Assembly: GCA_963734495.1 (NCBI GenBank)
Contig: CAVTHK010000016.1
Coordinates: 132,428-196,427, forward strand
From: an uncultured Spirochaetota bacterium
Lineage (GTDB): Bacteria > Spirochaetota > Spirochaetia > SZUA-6 > CAVTHK01
Length of the DNA stretch: 64,000 nucleotides
Direction: 5' to 3'
A model generated the notes under the pieces. That model was not told the DNA's origin, did not search any database, and worked only from the letters and a program-made list of their open reading frames with translations. A program made the position numbers and the translations under genes. Positions 59,089-64,000 of the stretch are shown here, one piece after another (the stretch's first letter is position 1; the number at the start of each line of letters is the position of its first letter).

Positions 59089-61686
59089 GTGAGCGCAGCG
59101 GACGCCAGCATAGGCGGCGGACAGCGGGTTTCCGGCCGCGAAGTCCTCGATCTCCGAGAGTTCCGGGGGCTCGATGAGGGAGAAGCCCTTGCGCGCTTGC
59201 AGCAGGAGGGGCCGAACGAGCTCCCGGGCCAGAAAAAACGGAGCCTGCTGGCGATCGGGCTTGAAGTCGTGCGCGAGCCCATGTTCCTCATGCTCGTCGC
59301 GGCCGGAACCCTGTATCTGCTCATGGGCGAGCCCTCGGACGCCATGATGTTACTCGGCTTCGTGTTCGTGGTGATGGCGATCACGATCGTCCAGGAGCGG
59401 CGCACTGAGCGCGCGCTGGAAGCGCTGCGCGACCTGTCCAGCCCGCGGTCGCTGGTCATTCGCGGCGGTGTCCATCGGCGGATCGCGGGACGGGAGGTCG
59501 TGAGGGGAGACCTCGTCGTCTTCTCCGAGGGGGACCGCATTCCCGCGGACGGCATATTGCGCTGGGGCATCAACCTGTCCACGGACGAGTCCCTGCTGAC
59601 GGGAGAATCGGTTCCCGTGCGCAAGGTTCCGTTCAGGGAGGCCCGGGAAATCGACAGGCCGGGCGGCGACGATCTGCCGTCTGTGTTCTCGGGAACCCTG
59701 GTGACAGCGGGCCAGGGCCTTGCTGAAGTCACTGCGACGGGGCCGCGCTCGGAGATAGGCAGAATCGGCAAGGCGCTGCAGCAGGTCGAGCCGGAGCCGA
59801 CCCTGCTGCAGAAGGAGACAGGGCGCCTGGTCCGCGTCTTTGCAATCGTCGGGCTGGCGGCCTGCGCGGTCGTGGTTGTAGCGTTCGCGCTCACACGCGG
59901 CGGGAGCGCCGACATCTGGAAGCAGGGGCTCCTGGCGGGCATAGCCATGGCGATGGCGGCGCTGCCCGAGGAGTTCCCGGTCGTGTTGACGGTCTTTCTC
60001 GCGCTGGGCGCGTGGCGGATTTCGCGCAGCAATGTGCTCACGCGTCGGATGCCGGCGATAGAGACGTTGGGCGCGGCCACGGTCCTGTGTGTCGACAAGA
60101 CAGGCACGCTCACGCAGAACCGGATGACCCTGCGGGCGCTGGCGGTGCCAGGCCGCGTTCTTGACCTGGCGGCGCTCCGAGGCGATCTCCCCGGAGATCT
60201 GCACGGCCTCCTCGAAGATGCGATTCTGGCGAGCAAGCGCGACCCCTTCGACCCCATGGAGCGGGCCCTGCACGAGGCGGGAGACCGCCTGGTCAAGGAC
60301 ACGGAGCACTTGCACCCCGGATGGTCGCTGGCGCGAGAGTACCCGTTGACCCCCGGTCTGCTCGCGGTTAGCCATGCCTGGCTCACGGGGAATGGAGACG
60401 AAGTCAGACTGGCGGCCAAAGGCGCGCCCGAGGCCATAGCGGATCTCTGTCACCTGACGCAGCCTCAGCGGGAGTCCCTGTCGCGCGACGTCGCGACACT
60501 GGCGTCCCAGGGCCTCCGAGTCCTCGGGGTGGCGAGGGGAGCCACGCGCGAGGAACGTCTGCCCGAGGAACACCACGAACTGTCGCTCGACGTCGTCGGC
60601 CTGATCGGCCTGGAAGATCCCGTGCGGCCGACGGTTCCAGCGGCGGTCGCGGAGTGCCAGGCCGCAGGAGTCCGTGTCGTGATGATCACCGGCGATTATC
60701 CCGTGACCGCCCAGAGCATCGCCCGCCAGGCCGGGCTGGGAGAATGCCTTGCAGCGATCACCGGGCCGGAGTTGGACCGAATGAACGACGACGATCTGGC
60801 CCGGCGAATCCGGGACGTCCACGTCTTCGCGCGCGTGGTGCCGGAGCAGAAACTCCGCATCGTGGCCGCCTTGAAGGCCAACGGCGACGTGGTCGCCATG
60901 ACCGGCGACGGGGTCAATGACGCCCCCGCTCTCAAGGCCGCGCACATCGGCATAGCCATGGGCGGCCGTGGGACCGATGTGGCTCGGGAATCGGCTTCGC
61001 TGGTGCTTCTCGATGACGACTTCTCCTCGATCGTCGCCGCGATTCGTCTGGGCCGGCGCATCTTTGACAACATCAAGAAGGCGATCGCTTTCATTCTCGC
61101 AGTGCACGTCCCTATCGCCGGTCTGTCGATGCTTCCCGTCTTTTTCGCCGACTGGCCCCTTCTGCTCCTGCCGGTCCACATCCTGTTCCTGGAGCTCATT
61201 ATCGACCCCTCCTGCTCGCTCATTTTCGAGGCCGAGGATGCCGAAGCCGACGTGATGGGTCGACCGCCGAGAAGCCCGAACGAACGGCTCTTCTCCCCGA
61301 CGACCATAGCAGTCGCGATCACGCAAGGGCTCAGCGTCCTTGCCATGTGCCTCGGCGTATTCCTCGTGGCCCGCGCCGATCATTCGCCCGATGCTGCTCG
61401 TGCCCTGACATTCGCAACCCTGGTGGCGGCCTTTGTCGTCGTCATCCTCGTCAACCGATCGTGGACTCGATCGGGGCTGGCGATGCTGCGGGTCCCCAAC
61501 ACGGCGCTGCGATGGGTGGTGGGCGGCGCGTGCACTTTTCTTGCGCTGATCCTCACCGTGCCGTTCGCGCGGAGTCTCTTCCACTTCGCGCCGCTCCACG
61601 CCAGCGATCTCGTCCTCGGTGTTGGAGCTGGAGTGGTGTGCGTCCTGTGGTTCGAGCTCCTCAAGGCAGCGAGACGGCTCGTCTGA
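59089..61686 (+). CDS. Cation-transporting P-type ATPase (type II, Ca2+/Mg2+-like)
   Basis: 865 aa. Motifs present: TGES, LPEEFPVVLTV, phosphorylation site CVDKTGTLTQN, MITGD, and the TGDGVNDAPALKAA hinge. Confidence 0.88.
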   Translation: MSAADASIGGGQRVSGREVLDLREFRGLDEGEALARLQQEGPNELPGQKKRSLLAIGLEVVREPMFLMLVAAGTLYLLMGEPSDAMMLLGFVFVVMAITIVQERRTERALEALRDLSSPRSLVIRGGVHRRIAGREVVRGDLVVFSEGDRIPADGILRWGINLSTDESLLTGESVPVRKVPFREAREIDRPGGDDLPSVFSGTLVTAGQGLAEVTATGPRSEIGRIGKALQQVEPEPTLLQKETGRLVRVFAIVGLAACAVVVVAFALTRGGSADIWKQGLLAGIAMAMAALPEEFPVVLTVFLALGAWRISRSNVLTRRMPAIETLGAATVLCVDKTGTLTQNRMTLRALAVPGRVLDLAALRGDLPGDLHGLLEDAILASKRDPFDPMERALHEAGDRLVKDTEHLHPGWSLAREYPLTPGLLAVSHAWLTGNGDEVRLAAKGAPEAIADLCHLTQPQRESLSRDVATLASQGLRVLGVARGATREERLPEEHHELSLDVVGLIGLEDPVRPTVPAAVAECQAAGVRVVMITGDYPVTAQSIARQAGLGECLAAITGPELDRMNDDDLARRIRDVHVFARVVPEQKLRIVAALKANGDVVAMTGDGVNDAPALKAAHIGIAMGGRGTDVARESASLVLLDDDFSSIVAAIRLGRRIFDNIKKAIAFILAVHVPIAGLSMLPVFFADWPLLLLPVHILFLELIIDPSCSLIFEAEDAEADVMGRPPRSPNERLFSPTTIAVAITQGLSVLAMCLGVFLVARADHSPDAARALTFATLVAAFVVVILVNRSWTRSGLAMLRVPNTALRWVVGGACTFLALILTVPFARSLFHFAPLHASDLVLGVGAGVVCVLWFELLKAARRLV

Positions 61687-62236
61687 GTTCGCGGGTGGCT
61701 GCAGAGGCAGCGGCGTCGTCGCGAGGGGTGATCGCGCCCGCGGGGAGCGGTTGTCTCAGTGGGGACCGGTGACCTGCCGGCGAACGGTTCGCCGCGCAGG
61801 ATCTTCTCGAAGCTGGGCGGGTCCGCTCCGGTTGTGACTGCGACTTTCAGGGGCGGGCCCAGGCCGCGCTTCGTTGCCGTCGATCGCGTGAAACCAGATC
61901 CACGACAACCGGTTGAGCGGTCTTCACGCGCCGGACCCGGTGTGTGAACAACTGTGGAGGAGCGGCTTCCCTGTCTTCAACCTCACTGACCCCAATAGCG
62001 CTCTGTTGCGAAAGAGCAGGCAGGACAGCTGCGAGCAGGCGTTGCAGTGCACAAGCTGTGGCAGGCAGCGACCGCAGCCAGATGGTGCCGGCCACGGCTG
62101 TCATCGACACCCCCAGCTATGCCAATCAGTCGGAGCCCACTCTGCCGAGCCTTCCGGAGTCTGGTGGGGCGGCGGGGTCGGCCCCGACCGCGGATAAGTC
62201 AACGTCGAGGCGATGGAGCGGTTCGCAGAAAAGGTT

Positions 62237-64000
62237 CTAGTAGATCTTCCGCAGCTCCGCGGCCCCGTAATAGTGGCGGAGGATTGCGGCGGCGTCGATG
62301 CCGTCCGCGGCCATGCCCGCGGCCCCACTCTGGCACAGGCCGACGCCGTGCCCCCAGCCCGCCCCGGTAAAGACAAAGTACTGCGGAAGCCCGTCCGGGC
62401 CGAGCTTGGGCTCCACCACGAACAGGTTGCTGCGCAGCCCGCCGAGGGCCCACCGGATGGAGTCGCCGCGGACCGTGCGCGCGCCGGCCGTGCCCTGAAT
62501 GCGGACCTCCGACACGCGCCCGCTCGTGCCGCGGGCCTCGGCCTCGATGCCGACCACGCTGCCCAGGGAGGCGCCGACGTCCAGCCGCGCCTCGATCTCG
62601 CTCCGGGGGACCCAGATCTCCCAGCGGTAGGCGCTTCGCGACGAGTAGCGGGGCCGGGAGCTGTAGGTGTCGGGCCTGTCGCTGAGCCACCGCGAGAGCG
62701 CGTCGGGCGCCAGCGGAAAGGCCGATGCGTCGAGCAGCGGGTCCGCGACCGCGGGCAGCGTCGACGCGAAGCCCCAGACGGCCTGCGTGGTCTCGGTGTG
62801 GCCGCCAGAGTTGGCGGAATAGAAGGCGGATAGCGGCTTTTCGCCGTCCATGAGCGCCATCCCGCGGGTGGCATCGACCGCGGCCCGCACCGTCGGCGTC
62901 TCGTTCTGCAGCCCCCGGTATTCCGCGGACCACACGTTGCCCAGAAGGTCGAACCCCCGCTTCGCGTACCTGCCGAGGTTGGCCATCGTGTAGCTGCGGG
63001 CAGCGACCGCCTGCGCCTCGAGCGCGGCCGCGGGCCAGGATGCCGGCATCTCCGAAGGCACCACCGAGTACAGGTATTCCTCGATCGGCAGCGCGTCGAC
63101 GAGCGTCAGCCCGCCCTGCCTGCGGCACGATCTCCATGCGCCCCCGGTACATGCGGTCTTCGCTCCCCGCCCAGAAGCTGCCGCGCCCGTACTCGACGTC
63201 GAACACGACCGTCGTGTCCGCGGGGTCGTCGTAGACGAGGGTCACGGCCGAGCGCGGAGCGCACCAGCGCCGATCCGTCGGTCACCTCGAGCCCGCCGTC
63301 GACGAGGCGGGCGGTCAGGGCGGCGCCGGAGCCGCCCGCGGCGAGACGGGTGGGCGGCTTGCCCGGGCTTTCGTTCCAGTACAGCGCGTAGGAGCCGCCT
63401 GTCTTGAGGTGAAGCTCCTTCGCCCCCTCCACCAGGCCGATGCGCACCGCGGGCTGCGCCTCCCGGTCCGCGGACAGGGCTTCAGCCTTGCGGGCGACCA
63501 CGGCCGATCGGCGTTCGGTCTGCGCTGTCTGCGCCCGGGCGACCAGCGCCGGGTTGTCGCGCTCGAGCCCGGCGATGAGCTCCGGGATCTCCCGGTCGCC
63601 GGGCAGGCTGGCGGCCGCGCGCTGAAGAAGGCTGTAAGCCCGCTCGGGAAGGCCCCGAGCCACGTAGATCCGTGCCAGAGGCAGGTAGCTCGCGGTCAGG
63701 TTGGGCTCCTGGGCAAGGGCCTCGCGGTACGCGGACTCAGCCCCGTCGAGATCGCCCAGATCGCGGCGCAGCGTCGCGCACCAGTACCAGGCCATGGGTT
63801 GGAAGCTCTGCCGCGCCAGGCTGGCGGCGAGAGCCGCGAGGGCCCGATCCTTTCGGCCTTCGTCGCTGAGGGCCAGGCCCGACAGGTAGAGCGACCGGGC
63901 CGACGGAGCCAGCTGCTCGAGGTAGTGCAGCGCGCGCTCGGGCTGGCGCGCGAACAGCGCGGTCTCCGCAGCCGCGAGGCGGACGGGCTCGCTGCCGGGC
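62237..64000 (-). pseudogene. TPR-repeat / SpoIID (LytB amidase-enhancer) domain protein, 5' end outside the window, two frame breaks
   Basis: The SpoIID core lies in ORF 62237..63064 (AARSYTMANLG, FYSANSGGHTE, GHGVGLCQSGA). Upstream parts lie in ORFs 62199..63245 and 63106..63795 (TPR-like). Breaks are near 63110 and 63250. The reading frame continues past 64000. Confidence 0.7.

Noticed and set aside
61847-62110. 87-aa ORF on the minus strand in the unassigned region
   Set aside because: It has no RBS, weak GC3 bias and no recognisable motif. It is probably a chance ORF or a relic.

Overview
This is a high-GC bacterial chromosomal segment, about 63-75% GC in the 60-nt lines I counted by hand. 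I recognised no rRNA, tRNA, CRISPR array, transposase, integrase or phage gene.

**Layout**
- **0.1-27.9 kb:** three CUT1-type sugar ABC importer loci, each with one binding protein and two permeases and no ATPase. They are interleaved with carbohydrate genes: GH35, GH1 and a GH127-like hydrolase, an L-fucose-isomerase-like gene, Gfo/Idh/MocA and Zn-dependent dehydrogenases, an FGGY kinase, a shikimate-DH-like gene, a cupin PGI, IolB and a DeoR regulator.
- **28-39.6 kb:** an acid phosphatase, a secreted nitroreductase-fold protein, a HAD hydrolase, an MFS transporter, an amidohydrolase, a long transketolase-like gene, an ankyrin lipoprotein, a PHP phosphatase, a homocysteine methyltransferase and a DUF4097-like protein.
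- **39.6-64 kb:** clpS-clpA followed by two orphan ORFs, then sod plus a secreted HExxH protein, a PilZ protein and an NQO-like flavoprotein. After these come an Rrf2-headed suf operon (DUF59-sufC-sufB-sufD-Rieske-sufS-sufU), pntAA-pntAB-pntB, a TetR regulator with a P-type ATPase, and a TPR-SpoIID gene that runs off the window.

**Main observations**
1. About 45 single-base insertions break 13 otherwise well-conserved genes. They cluster at 15.1-20.9 kb and 34.35-35.3 kb, while about 36 kb of the window has none. I read this as more likely technical than evolutionary, but it cannot be settled without reads.
2. The clpS-clpA operon is extended by two intact ORFs of unknown function (121 and 683 aa).
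3. A roughly 52% GC island carries a shattered epimerase gene.
4. Two families of hairpin-forming intergenic repeats are present.
5. Several sigma70-like promoters with adjacent palindromes are readable.
6. The transketolase-like reading frame ends in a Lys/Ala/Pro-rich tail.

All functional calls rest on motif recognition by eye. No database search was run. Frame-break coordinates are good to about +/-15 nt.
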